Shown here one piece after another: positions 18,198 to 26,199 of a stretch of 64,000 bases of DNA. The stretch is from Eubacteriales bacterium (lineage in GTDB: Bacteria; Bacillota; Clostridia; Oscillospirales; CAG-272). Position numbers and translations under genes: made by a program. Location of the stretch: NCBI GenBank assembly GCA_045632305.1, contig JAZQWL010000033.1:194-64193 (forward strand), written 5' to 3'. The notes under the pieces were generated by a model. That model ran no database searches and was not told the DNA's origin. It saw nothing but the letters and a program-made list of their open reading frames with translations. The stretch's first letter is position 1; each line of letters begins with the position of its first letter.

Positions 18198-20105
18198 TTA
18201 ATTTTTATTTTTCTGTGATCTGCGTGTACAGCGAACGATGGATGCGCCCATCGGAGGAATTCTCATTCTGATGAAATACGGATGTCCAAAATCCTCGCCG
18301 CGCTCCGCCTTGAATTTTACTCCCGTATTCGTAACTCCGCTGCCTCCGTATTTTTCGTCATCGGAATTGAATATCTCCTCGTACGTTCCCGCATCCTGAA
18401 GGCCTAAATAATAGTCCTCGCAGGGATTCGGGGTAAAGTTCAGAATCACCTGAAGCTTGCGGCCGTTGGCATCTATTCGCTCAAACGCGATAATGCTCTT
18501 TTCCTTATTGTTAACGTCGAGCCAATTGAAGCCGTCCCACGAGGAATCCACCTGCCACAGCTCGGGGTATTTGAGGTAAAGATTATTAAGCTCCGCGCAA
18601 TAAAGCTGGAATTTGGCGTGCATTTCGTAATCAAGCATAAACCACTCGACGCCGCGATCGTAATTCCATTCGGCAAACTGCGCGATCTCATTACTCATAA
18701 AGTGAAGTTTTTTACCGGGATGAGTCATCTGCCATGCGTAGAACACCCTCGCACCGGCAAATTTATTCCAATAGTCACCGGGGTTCTTGTCAAGGAAGGA
18801 CTTCTTTCCGTGAACTACCTCATCGTGCGAAATGGGAAGAATATACTTTTCATTAAAGGCGTACCATAGCGGGAAGGTCAGCTTTTCGTGGTGATACTTT
18901 CTGTAGATGGGATCCTCCTTGACGTAAGACAGAGTATCGTTCATCCAGCCCATATTCCACTTCATATCAAAGCCGAGCGCGTTTTCACCCTCCGATGAGG
19001 TGATTCCCTCCCATGCGCTTGACTCCTCGGCGATCATAAGAACGTCGGGATATTCCCTCTTTACCGTACCGTTGAGCTTCTTGAAGAATGCGATCGCCTC
19101 AAGGCATCTGTTGTCACCGTATACGTTCGGAAGCCACTCACCGTCATCCTTGTCAAAATCAAGGTAAAGCATGGATGATACCGCATCGACGCGAAGTCCG
19201 TCAATATGATATTTGTCCGCCCAATAGATCGCGTTCGATATAAGGAAGGACTGAACCTCCTCGCGTCCGAGGTCGAATTTTCTCGTTCCCCATATCTTAT
19301 GCTCCTGACGGTCCCAGCCCTGATATTCGTAAAGGGGCTGTCCGTCGAATTCAAACAAGCCGAAAGAATCCTTCGGGAAATGCGCGGGAACCCAGTCCAG
19401 AATGACACCTATGCCCGCCTGATGCATCGAATCCACGAATTCCATGAAATCCGCAGGCGTGCCGTATCTTCCCGTAGGCGCATAATAGCCCGTTACCTGA
19501 TATCCCCATGATCCGTCAAAGGGATGCTCAGCGATCGGCATAAGCTCGACGTGGGTATATCCCATCTGCTTTACGTACGGAGCAAGCTCGTCTGCAAGCT
19601 CCGCGTAAGAGTAATACGATCCGTCATCATGACGCTTCCACGAGCCCGCGTGGATCTCGTAAACGTTCATGGGCTGATTGTAAGCCGCGCCGTCGAAAAG
19701 ACGCTTTCTGTGATTCAACCAACCGCGATCGTGCCATTTATAGCCGTCAATATCGCAAACTATGGATGCCGCCTCGGGAGGCGCGTCCATTCTGTAGCCG
19801 TACGGGTCGGATTTGTATACGACCTTACCTGAATTTATAAACTTGTATTTATATCTCGAGCCCTCGCAGATGCGATCGCGGTCGATCGCAATCTCAAAAA
19901 GCCCCGCTCTTGTAGTCTTCTGCATTTCGTGCTCGTCAGACCAATTGTTGAAATCTCCGACCACGAAAGCTCTATCCGCATTGGGCGCCCAAACCTTGAA
20001 AACAAACTTGTTTCCGTATGCGTGACATCCCATATATCTGTACGCTCTGCATGCCGTACCGGTATGAAAATAATAATCGTCTGCCAAGCTTTCTTTTCTC
20101 TGCAT
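18198..20105 (-). CDS. glgB: 1,4-alpha-glucan branching enzyme
   Basis: GH13_9 regions are present: GVILDWVPAHF, GLRVDAVSSM, IAEESS and SHDEVVHGK. The ATG at 20105 follows an AGGGGG RBS, whereas the track start at 20123 is a TTG. Confidence 0.93.
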   Translation of the reverse strand: MQRKESLADDYYFHTGTACRAYRYMGCHAYGNKFVFKVWAPNADRAFVVGDFNNWSDEHEMQKTTRAGLFEIAIDRDRICEGSRYKYKFINSGKVVYKSDPYGYRMDAPPEAASIVCDIDGYKWHDRGWLNHRKRLFDGAAYNQPMNVYEIHAGSWKRHDDGSYYSYAELADELAPYVKQMGYTHVELMPIAEHPFDGSWGYQVTGYYAPTGRYGTPADFMEFVDSMHQAGIGVILDWVPAHFPKDSFGLFEFDGQPLYEYQGWDRQEHKIWGTRKFDLGREEVQSFLISNAIYWADKYHIDGLRVDAVSSMLYLDFDKDDGEWLPNVYGDNRCLEAIAFFKKLNGTVKREYPDVLMIAEESSAWEGITSSEGENALGFDMKWNMGWMNDTLSYVKEDPIYRKYHHEKLTFPLWYAFNEKYILPISHDEVVHGKKSFLDKNPGDYWNKFAGARVFYAWQMTHPGKKLHFMSNEIAQFAEWNYDRGVEWFMLDYEMHAKFQLYCAELNNLYLKYPELWQVDSSWDGFNWLDVNNKEKSIIAFERIDANGRKLQVILNFTPNPCEDYYLGLQDAGTYEEIFNSDDEKYGGSGVTNTGVKFKAERGEDFGHPYFIRMRIPPMGASIVRCTRRSQKNKN

Positions 20106-20161
20106 ATAGCCGCCCCCTTGCAAATATTTATTGTGAAAATAAAAACATTTTCCTACCTCTA

Positions 20162-20190
20162 ATTATATCACAAATATACAAATATGTCAA
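20162..20190 (-). promoter_or_regulatory. SigA-type promoter of the glycogen operon
   Basis: Minus strand reads TTGACA, 17 nt, TGaTATAAT, about 55 nt upstream of the glgB ATG. Confidence 0.6.
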
Positions 20191-20381
20191 CATAAATCAT
20201 CATCAAAATTACCAATAATTACTATATTTTTCAAGGAAAAATTACATTATTCGCAATATGCACAAAAGACGGCTTTGATAATTGTTTATTATTGCAAAGC
20301 GGCTGTTTTTCACTATCTCCGCCGCCAAAAATTTCTTGCAAAAAAGACGCGCGAAACCCATACTGCGACCGACTTTTTCTC

Positions 20382-20410
20382 TTGACAAAAATGCTGATTT
20401 TTGATATAAT
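20382..20410 (+). promoter_or_regulatory. SigA-type promoter of holB-ricT
   Basis: TTGACA (20382-20387), 17-nt spacer, TGaTATAAT (20402-20410). Confidence 0.6.
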
Positions 20411-20461
20411 ATACATTGGTTTATTATATTTTCAGACACACTTGCGAAAGGAGAGCTTAAA

Positions 20462-21490
20462 ATGAAAAAATATTTTTGCGATTTCGTCGCTAACGACATA
20501 GTAAAAGCTCGTCTTTCGGGTGATATTGAAGATAATAAGATTTCCCACGCGTTTATATTTGAGGGCGCACAAGGAAGCGGCAGACACACACTGGCAAAAC
20601 AGCTTGCCGCATCTATCAGCTGTACCTCGCGTGAAGGTGATAGGATCCCATGCGGAAAATGTCCCTCCTGCTCAAAAATTTTCGCGGAAAAATCCCCCGA
20701 CGTTATCAATCTCGGAGTCGCAAGCGACAAGGTAACGATCGGCATTGAATGTGCAAGATTCATCAAGGACGATATTCACACCTTCCCGAACAGTCTTCCC
20801 ATTAAGATGTATATTATCGAGGACGCCGACAAGATGACTCTGCAGGCGCAAAACGCCCTGCTCCTCTCACTTGAAGAGCCGCCCTCATACGTGATCTTCG
20901 TTCTGATCTGTCAAAACAGCGCCGCACTGCTTGAAACCATCAGAAGCCGCGCACCGCTCTACCGTCTTGAGAAAATCCCCCCCTCGGAAATTTCCCGCTA
21001 TCTTACCGACAACTACAAAAAAGCTGTCGAGCTGAAGCGAGACGATCCCGAAAGTTTTGCGGAGCTTCTGACGGTCAGCGAGGGAACGATCGGACATGCG
21101 ATCGACCTGCTTGACGACAAACAGCGAAAGAAAGAATTTGACGAGAGGCAGATCGCAAAGGATTTTATTGAATTGTCTCTCAGCCGATCGAAATCGGGAA
21201 TTTTTGAAATGATGGCTTCACTTGGAAGCAAGCGTCCCGAAATTTGCGAACGCCTCTTACTTATCCAGCGCGCCGTAAGAGATCTTATTCTTCTGAAGAA
21301 AAATGACGAGGGTGAGCTTATTTTTTACAGTAACGCGGATAACGCAAGCGAGATTTCCGCAAAGATCACGCTTGAACGCCTTATGGATATGTATAGAGCA
21401 ACCGCCCAAGCAATCGAGGACCTAAAGGCAAATTCAAACGTAAAATTAACCCTGCTTTCAATGATGTACGCCTGCAAGCTTGCAGATTAA
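20462..21490 (+). CDS. holB: DNA polymerase III delta-prime subunit
   Basis: 342 aa with SHAFIFEGAQGSGRHTLA (degenerate Walker A), the zinc module CGKCPSCSKI and an SRA-type motif (IRSRA). Confidence 0.88.
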   Translation: MKKYFCDFVANDIVKARLSGDIEDNKISHAFIFEGAQGSGRHTLAKQLAASISCTSREGDRIPCGKCPSCSKIFAEKSPDVINLGVASDKVTIGIECARFIKDDIHTFPNSLPIKMYIIEDADKMTLQAQNALLLSLEEPPSYVIFVLICQNSAALLETIRSRAPLYRLEKIPPSEISRYLTDNYKKAVELKRDDPESFAELLTVSEGTIGHAIDLLDDKQRKKEFDERQIAKDFIELSLSRSKSGIFEMMASLGSKRPEICERLLLIQRAVRDLILLKKNDEGELIFYSNADNASEISAKITLERLMDMYRATAQAIEDLKANSNVKLTLLSMMYACKLAD

Positions 21491-21527
21491 AATACTGAAC
21501 AAAACCCTTTACAATGAAAGGATCATT

Positions 21528-22634
21528 ATGAATAATCAGGAAAACGGAAATAAAAACAAGGGCAATTTCAAAAAGCCCCCCTACTACAAAAAGAAAAACA
21601 AGCACCGCAATCACAATAAAAAGCCGCGCGATGCCGAGGACGTTAAGTCTCTCAATACTGACGCGCTTGATACCTCCGATGTGGAATCCACGTTTGATAC
21701 ACCCGACGAGAAGGTATTCCGTCCCTGCAGAATGGCTGAAGCTCCAATAGCTGAAGAGCACGCAACACCCGCGCAGGAGCCCGCTACCGAGGTTGAGAAG
21801 AGCGAGGTGTCGGGTGTTCGCTTCAAGGCAGGCGGAAAGGTCTACTATTTCGATAAAAACGGCTTTGCTCCCCGCGACGGCGATTACGTTATCGTTGATA
21901 CTGCCCGTGGCGAGGAATTCGGCGAGGTCGCGTTCGCCACAAAGAACGTCCCCACACAATCCCTCGTTCTTCCCTTAAGATCAATTTTAAGAATCGCTAC
22001 TAAGGAGGACAAGCTCCATCACGAGGAAAACAAGGTAAAGGAAAAGGAAGCATTCGGCATCTGCCTTGAAAAAATTCAGAAGCACGGACTTGATATGAAG
22101 CTTGTCGACGTTCAGTACACCTTCGACAATTCAAAGCTCCTCTTCTATTTTACGTCCGCGGGACGAGTTGACTTCCGCGAGCTTGTAAAGGATCTCGCAT
22201 CCGTATTCAAGACGAGAATTGAGCTAAGACAGATCGGTATCCGTGACGAATCCAAGATTCTTGGCGGTCTCGGTGCTTGCGGCAGACCCTTATGCTGCTC
22301 CACCTTCCTTTCGGATTTTGCTCAGGTTTCAATAAAGATGGCTAAAGAACAGAATCTCTCCCTTAACACCGGTAAGATTTCGGGCTGCTGCGGACGACTC
22401 ATGTGCTGTCTTGCTTACGAATATCCCGTTTACGCAGAGGAAAGCGCCAAGACTCCCCCCGTCGATTCGGTTGTTAAAACTCCCGACGGTATAGGCACTG
22501 TGATCGAGATCTCTCCTTTGCTCGGCAACGTAAAGGTTCGCCTTCAGGATAACCCCGATCTGATGCCCAAAATCTACAAAAGAGACGACGTTAAGGTCAT
22601 CTCAAGACCGAATACCGCGCAGGATGAAAAATAA
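21528..22634 (+). CDS. ricT: PSP1-domain protein RicT/YaaT with a long low-complexity N-terminal extension
   Basis: PSP1 core: YTFDNSKLLFYFTSAGRVDFRELVKDLASVFKTRIELRQIGIRDE...CGRPLCCSTFL. The ATG at 21528 has an AAAGGA RBS. The gene follows holB, as in B. subtilis. Confidence 0.85.
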   Translation: MNNQENGNKNKGNFKKPPYYKKKNKHRNHNKKPRDAEDVKSLNTDALDTSDVESTFDTPDEKVFRPCRMAEAPIAEEHATPAQEPATEVEKSEVSGVRFKAGGKVYYFDKNGFAPRDGDYVIVDTARGEEFGEVAFATKNVPTQSLVLPLRSILRIATKEDKLHHEENKVKEKEAFGICLEKIQKHGLDMKLVDVQYTFDNSKLLFYFTSAGRVDFRELVKDLASVFKTRIELRQIGIRDESKILGGLGACGRPLCCSTFLSDFAQVSIKMAKEQNLSLNTGKISGCCGRLMCCLAYEYPVYAEESAKTPPVDSVVKTPDGIGTVIEISPLLGNVKVRLQDNPDLMPKIYKRDDVKVISRPNTAQDEK

Positions 22635-22657
22635 TTTCAAAAATTTTCCGTAAACTG

Positions 22658-22686
22658 TTGAAATTATAGAAAAAGTATGATACAAT
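22658..22686 (+). promoter_or_regulatory. SigA-type promoter of the ferredoxin gene
   Basis: TTGAAA (22658-22663), 17-nt spacer, TGaTACAAT (22678-22686). Confidence 0.55.
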
Positions 22687-22721
22687 ATAAAAGCTAAATT
22701 AAAATACGGAGGTATTATATC

Positions 22722-22892
22722 ATGGCATTTAAGATTACAGATGACTGCATCGCTTGCGGCGCTTGCGCTGCTGAGTGTCCCGTTGAAGCTATCGCTGAGG
22801 CAGATGGCAAGTACGAAATCAACGCTGACCTTTGCATCGACTGCGGCACATGCGCAGATACATGCCCTGTAGGTGCTCCCGTTCAGGCTTAA
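22722..22892 (+). CDS. fdx: Clostridial-type 2x[4Fe-4S] ferredoxin (56 aa; absent from the supplied ORF track)
   Basis: Hand translation gives MAFKITDDCIACGACAAECPVEAIAEADGKYEINADLCIDCGTCADTCPVGAPVQA*. It has two CxxCxxCxxxCP motifs, a GGAGG RBS 8 nt upstream, and its own promoter and terminator. Confidence 0.9.
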   Translation: MAFKITDDCIACGACAAECPVEAIAEADGKYEINADLCIDCGTCADTCPVGAPVQA

Positions 22893-22919
22893 TTTCAAGC
22901 CACGAGCATCACTAAGCTT

Positions 22920-22959
22920 ATGCCTGGTTCTTCACTCGAAGCGCCAGGCATTAGTTTTA
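22920..22959 (+). terminator. Rho-independent terminator after the ferredoxin gene
   Basis: Stem atgcctgg/ccaggcat enclosing an inner cttc/gaag stem, followed by tagtttta. Confidence 0.65.
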
Positions 22960-22981
22960 TTATCTATAATCAGGATCAAAT

Positions 22982-23758
22982 ATGGAAAATAATTACACCA
23001 CAATAAAAATCAACGAAGGACTTACCTTAACACAAAACAAAAACGGCTTGACGTTCGGATCGGACGCGTATCTGCTCGCGGCGTTTACTCAAACACTTCC
23101 CTATACCGCAAGCGGCAAGGTAATGGCTGATCTTGGAAGCGGTACGGGAATAATCCCCATGCTCTGCGCTTCAAAGCAAAGATTTTCCGAGATATATGCC
23201 GTTGAGATCCAAGAGAGCTTTGCCTCTCTTATTAAAATCAACGCCGAACAGAACGGATTTGCCGAAATAATCAAGCCCGTATGCGCCGACGTTCGCGACG
23301 TGAGATCAACAGCTCTCGGCCGGGAGGTGGACGTTGTAACCGCGAACCCGCCTTACATGAAAACAGACGCGGGAAAACGTAACGAGCACGATGAAAAATA
23401 TATTGCCCGCCACGAGGTTTACGGCGAAATATCCGACTTTTGCGCCTGCGCCAAGAGAATTTTAAAGCACGGCGGTAAATTCTTAACCGTTTGGCGTCCC
23501 GATCGCCTTGAAGATCTGATGGTTGCATTGCGCGAAAACGGACTTGAACCCAAGCGACAGGTCTTCGTATGCGCCCACCCCAAGGCGGAGCCGTCCATGG
23601 TACTCACAGAAGCCCTAAAGGGCGGCAATCCCGGAATGCGAGTTGCCCGTCCGCTATTTCTTTCTGACACCGCAGAAAACTATATTAACAATATTCAAAG
23701 CGATGATGCGCGCGCAATTTACGATAGATGCTCGTTTGCAAAATTCTTTGAGGAGTAA
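22982..23758 (+). CDS. Class I SAM-dependent N6-adenine methyltransferase, tRNA1(Val) m6A37 (YabB/YfiC)-like
   Basis: 258 aa with SAM motif DLGSGTGIIP and the catalytic NPPYM tetrad. Its position after holB-ricT matches B. subtilis yabB. Confidence 0.7.
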   Translation: MENNYTTIKINEGLTLTQNKNGLTFGSDAYLLAAFTQTLPYTASGKVMADLGSGTGIIPMLCASKQRFSEIYAVEIQESFASLIKINAEQNGFAEIIKPVCADVRDVRSTALGREVDVVTANPPYMKTDAGKRNEHDEKYIARHEVYGEISDFCACAKRILKHGGKFLTVWRPDRLEDLMVALRENGLEPKRQVFVCAHPKAEPSMVLTEALKGGNPGMRVARPLFLSDTAENYINNIQSDDARAIYDRCSFAKFFEE

Positions 23759-23767
23759 AGGATTTTT

Positions 23768-24541
23768 ATGGAAAATATGAAAAGAATGCTCAGCTACACA
23801 CGACGTGGAGTTGACGATTACAATATGATAGAAGAGGGCGACAAAATCGCGGTCGGCATATCGGGAGGCAAGGATTCCTTAGCCCTCCTATGCTCGCTTG
23901 CCTACCTTCGTCGCTTTTACCCTAAAAAGTTCGAGCTTATAGCGATTACGATCGATATGGGCTTTGAGGGAGGTATGGACTTCACTCCTGTAAAGGAGCT
24001 TTGCGAGAAGCTCGACGTTCCATACCACATAATCCCGACAGAAATTTCAAAAATCATTTTTGACGTGCGTAAGGAGGCAAATCCTTGCTCACTTTGCGCA
24101 AAGATGCGCCGTGGCGCGCTTCACAATGCCGCAAAGGAGCTTGGCTGTAACTCCGTGGCTCTCGGTCATCACTTTGACGACGTTGTTGAAACGTTCATGC
24201 TCAACCTCTTTTTTGAGGGACGTCTCGGTTGCTTCTCGCCCGTAACCTACCTCTCGAGAGTCGGAGTAAAGCTCATCCGCCCGCTTCTCTATATGCCCGA
24301 AAAGGATGTAGTTGAGTTTGCAAAGAAAAATGAACTCCCCGTAGTTGAATCAAAATGCCCTGCCGACAAAAACACCGAGCGCGAGGAAATGAAGACGCTT
24401 CTTCGCACGCTCGAGCGAGAAAATAAAGGGCTTCGTTACCGTATCTTCGGAGCTATCTGCCGCGGCGAGCTTGACGGCTTCCGCGAGATAAGCAGAATGC
24501 AAGGGATAAAAAAGTATTCGGAAGAAAACGAAGGCACGTAA
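23768..24541 (+). CDS. PP-loop ATPase of the TtcA family (tRNA 2-thiocytidine-type thiolase)
   Basis: 257 aa with the PP-loop GISGGKDSLALL plus Cys motifs NPCSLCAKMRRG and KCPADKN. Confidence 0.75.
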   Translation: MENMKRMLSYTRRGVDDYNMIEEGDKIAVGISGGKDSLALLCSLAYLRRFYPKKFELIAITIDMGFEGGMDFTPVKELCEKLDVPYHIIPTEISKIIFDVRKEANPCSLCAKMRRGALHNAAKELGCNSVALGHHFDDVVETFMLNLFFEGRLGCFSPVTYLSRVGVKLIRPLLYMPEKDVVEFAKKNELPVVESKCPADKNTEREEMKTLLRTLERENKGLRYRIFGAICRGELDGFREISRMQGIKKYSEENEGT

Positions 24542-24568
24542 AAAGTGCAGAGCGCGAATCACTCGCAA

Positions 24569-24631
24569 GGACAGGCGTCCTCGACCGTCCGAAAGCGCAG
24601 AGTTGTAGGGACAGACGTCCTCGACTGTCCG
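24569..24631 (+). repeat. Two copies of a 23-nt hairpin-forming element (40-nt period)
   Basis: ggacaggcgtcctcgaccgtccg (24569-24591) and ggacagacgtcctcgactgtccg (24609-24631). Each is preceded by gcagag, and no U-tract follows either. Confidence 0.6.
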
Positions 24632-24710
24632 TTAATTCGGAGCATAGAGTGAAAACAAAATTCGTGTCATTTTCAAGGTTTAAAAACCCTCAAAAGATTT
24701 TAAAAAAGTA

Positions 24711-24739
24711 TTGACAAACCGGCTTGCCTATGATATAAT
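24711..24739 (+). promoter_or_regulatory. SigA-type promoter of tRNA-Lys
   Basis: TTGACA (24711-24716), 17-nt spacer, TGaTATAAT (24731-24739), 19 nt before the tRNA 5' end. Confidence 0.65.
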
Positions 24740-24758
24740 ATTTCGGTAAGCCAAATTC

Positions 24759-24834
24759 GACCCGCTAGCTCAGACGGTAGAGCACTTGACTTTTAATCAA
24801 GGGGTCCGGAGTTCGAGTCTCCGGCGGGTCACCA
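24759..24834 (+). tRNA. tRNA-Lys (anticodon UUU), CCA encoded
   Basis: Hand-folded cloverleaf: acceptor GACCCGC/GCGGGTC, D arm GCTC/GAGC, anticodon arm CTTGA-CTTTTAA-TCAAG, T arm CGGAG-TTCGAGT-CTCCG, discriminator A and CCA. Length is 76 nt. Confidence 0.92.
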
Positions 24835-24840
24835 AAAACA

Positions 24841-24874
24841 AAAAGGAGCAGTTCATCTGCTCCTTTTTGTTTTT
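24841..24874 (+). terminator. Rho-independent terminator after tRNA-Lys
   Basis: Stem aaaaggagcag/ctgctcctttt with loop ttcat, then a T-rich run. Confidence 0.8.
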
Positions 24875-24891
24875 GACGATATGCTTTGTTT

Positions 24892-24996
24892 CTCGAACTC
24901 CCGCAAACTCGCAGAGTCTGCATGCTTGGTGGTACGATTTTTTAGACAAAAATACACTTTGCCACCAAGCTAAGTTCAGAGTCTCCGGCGGGTCAC
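24892..24996 (+). repeat. 105-bp direct-repeat unit A ending in a copy of the tRNA-Lys 3' end
   Basis: 104/105 identical to 25055-25159. It ends with agtctccggcgggtcac(ca), which equals tRNA positions 58-76, and contains the hairpin gcttggtgg...ccaccaagc. Confidence 0.85.
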
Positions 24997-25002
24997 CAAA
25001 AA

Positions 25003-25039
25003 GAAAAGAGAGTAGCAACGCTACTCTCTTTTCTTTTTT
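25003..25039 (+). terminator. Terminator-like hairpin after repeat unit A
   Basis: 13-bp stem gaaaagagagtag/ctactctcttttc with loop caacg, then T6. The sequence differs from the tRNA terminator but the architecture is the same. Confidence 0.7.
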
Positions 25040-25054
25040 GATAATACGTTATGA

Positions 25055-25159
25055 CTCGAACTCCCGCAAACTCGCAGAGTTTGCATGCTTGGTGGTACGA
25101 TTTTTTAGACAAAAATACACTTTGCCACCAAGCTAAGTTCAGAGTCTCCGGCGGGTCAC
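25055..25159 (+). repeat. 105-bp direct-repeat unit B ending in a copy of the tRNA-Lys 3' end
   Basis: Offset by 163 bp from unit A, with a single mismatch (agtTtgc versus agtCtgc). It ends at gggtcac without CCA. A further partial core tctccggcggg lies at 25183-25193. Confidence 0.85.
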
Positions 25160-25280
25160 TTTTTAAGATGTAGCACTCTCATTCTCCGGCGGGAGCAAGC
25201 CACCACCCTACAAAATTTCATAAAACAGAATACGCGTAAATCTTCTGCACAACAATATATAAAAAACCAAAGGAGAATTT

Positions 25281-26174
25281 ATGTGCACCGCAATCAATGA
25301 CATTTCAAAATTTCACCTTTTCGGCAGAACACTCGATCTTGAAACTTCCTTCGAAGAACAGGTCGTGATCTCCCCGCGAAGCTTCCCTTTTCCCTTTATT
25401 CATGAGGGAATACTTGAAAAGCATTTCGCAATTATCGGCGTAGCTCACGTTGTTCACGGCACACCGCTATACTTTGACGGAATGAATGAGCATGGACTTT
25501 GCGCCGCCGCTCTGCGCCTCCCTGAGCTTACGGTTTATCACGGTAAGACCAACGAAAAGACCAACCTCGCGTCATTTGAGCTTATCCCCTGGATACTTTG
25601 CAATTTTAAGTGCGCCGATGATGCCTCAAAAGCTCTCAAAAACGTAAATATTACCGCGGACAGTTTTTCCGATACTCTTCCTTCGACTGAGCTTCACTGG
25701 ATCATTGCCGATAAAAACAAATCGTTCGTTATAGAATCCCGCGAGGACGGGCTCAAAATATACGACAACCCTTTCGGTGTTCTTGCAAACGCACCCGACT
25801 TCCCTACCCAGTGCTTTGTCCTTGATAAATTCGGAGACCCCGTGCTCGGCGACCTCTCCTCGTCATCAAGATTCAACCGCGCGGTAAATGCCGTAAGACA
25901 CACATTTCCCGCAGAAGAAAAGAACGAAGCCGTATCCCGTCTTTTCCATATTTTCAGTACGGTAAATCAACCTCACGGGCTTTTCCGCGCGGACGAAAGA
26001 CGGCTTCGCACGGTCTACACCTCATGCATGGACACAGAGGATCTTGTTTATTATTTTACCACCTACACCTGTCGGCAGATCCATTCCGTAAAGCTTCACA
26101 ACGATCTTCTCGACAATAGCGAAATACTGTCTTATCCTATGGCACACAAGGAAAACATTGAATATCTAAATTAA
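25281..26174 (+). CDS. Choloylglycine hydrolase family Ntn-hydrolase (bile salt hydrolase / penicillin V acylase-like)
   Basis: 297 aa with an N-terminal MCTAI (Cys2 nucleophile), then FGRTLD, and the NEHGL and LANAP regions typical of the family. Confidence 0.8.
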   Translation: MCTAINDISKFHLFGRTLDLETSFEEQVVISPRSFPFPFIHEGILEKHFAIIGVAHVVHGTPLYFDGMNEHGLCAAALRLPELTVYHGKTNEKTNLASFELIPWILCNFKCADDASKALKNVNITADSFSDTLPSTELHWIIADKNKSFVIESREDGLKIYDNPFGVLANAPDFPTQCFVLDKFGDPVLGDLSSSSRFNRAVNAVRHTFPAEEKNEAVSRLFHIFSTVNQPHGLFRADERRLRTVYTSCMDTEDLVYYFTTYTCRQIHSVKLHNDLLDNSEILSYPMAHKENIEYLN

Positions 26175-26199
26175 AAAGGCGGGATCTCCCGCCTTTTTT
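26173..26199. terminator. Bidirectional terminator between the hydrolase gene and the flavodoxin-like gene
   Basis: Stem ggcggga/tcccgcc flanked by A5 and T6. Confidence 0.75.

Noticed and set aside
20242-20766. 174-aa minus-strand ORF spanning the glgB/holB intergenic region and the holB 5' end.
   Set aside because: It overlaps the holB promoter and coding start in antisense, and has no RBS or recognisable domain.
24786-25136. 116-aa plus-strand ORF starting inside tRNA-Lys.
   Set aside because: It reads through the tRNA 3' half, two terminator hairpins and the 105-bp repeats. It has no RBS and is an artefact of the repeat structure.
24816-25193. Possible CRISPR array or tRNA gene cluster downstream of tRNA-Lys.
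   Set aside because: There are only two long (105-bp) units with a 163-bp period, so no short repeat and spacer alternation is present. The units lack D and anticodon arms and are not complete tRNAs. No cas genes occur anywhere in the window.
25188-25201. 14-nt identity ggcgggagcaagcc shared with the mscL terminator region (43104-43117).
   Set aside because: In 64 kb searched on both strands, on the order of ten chance 14-mer matches are expected. There is no extended similarity on either side.
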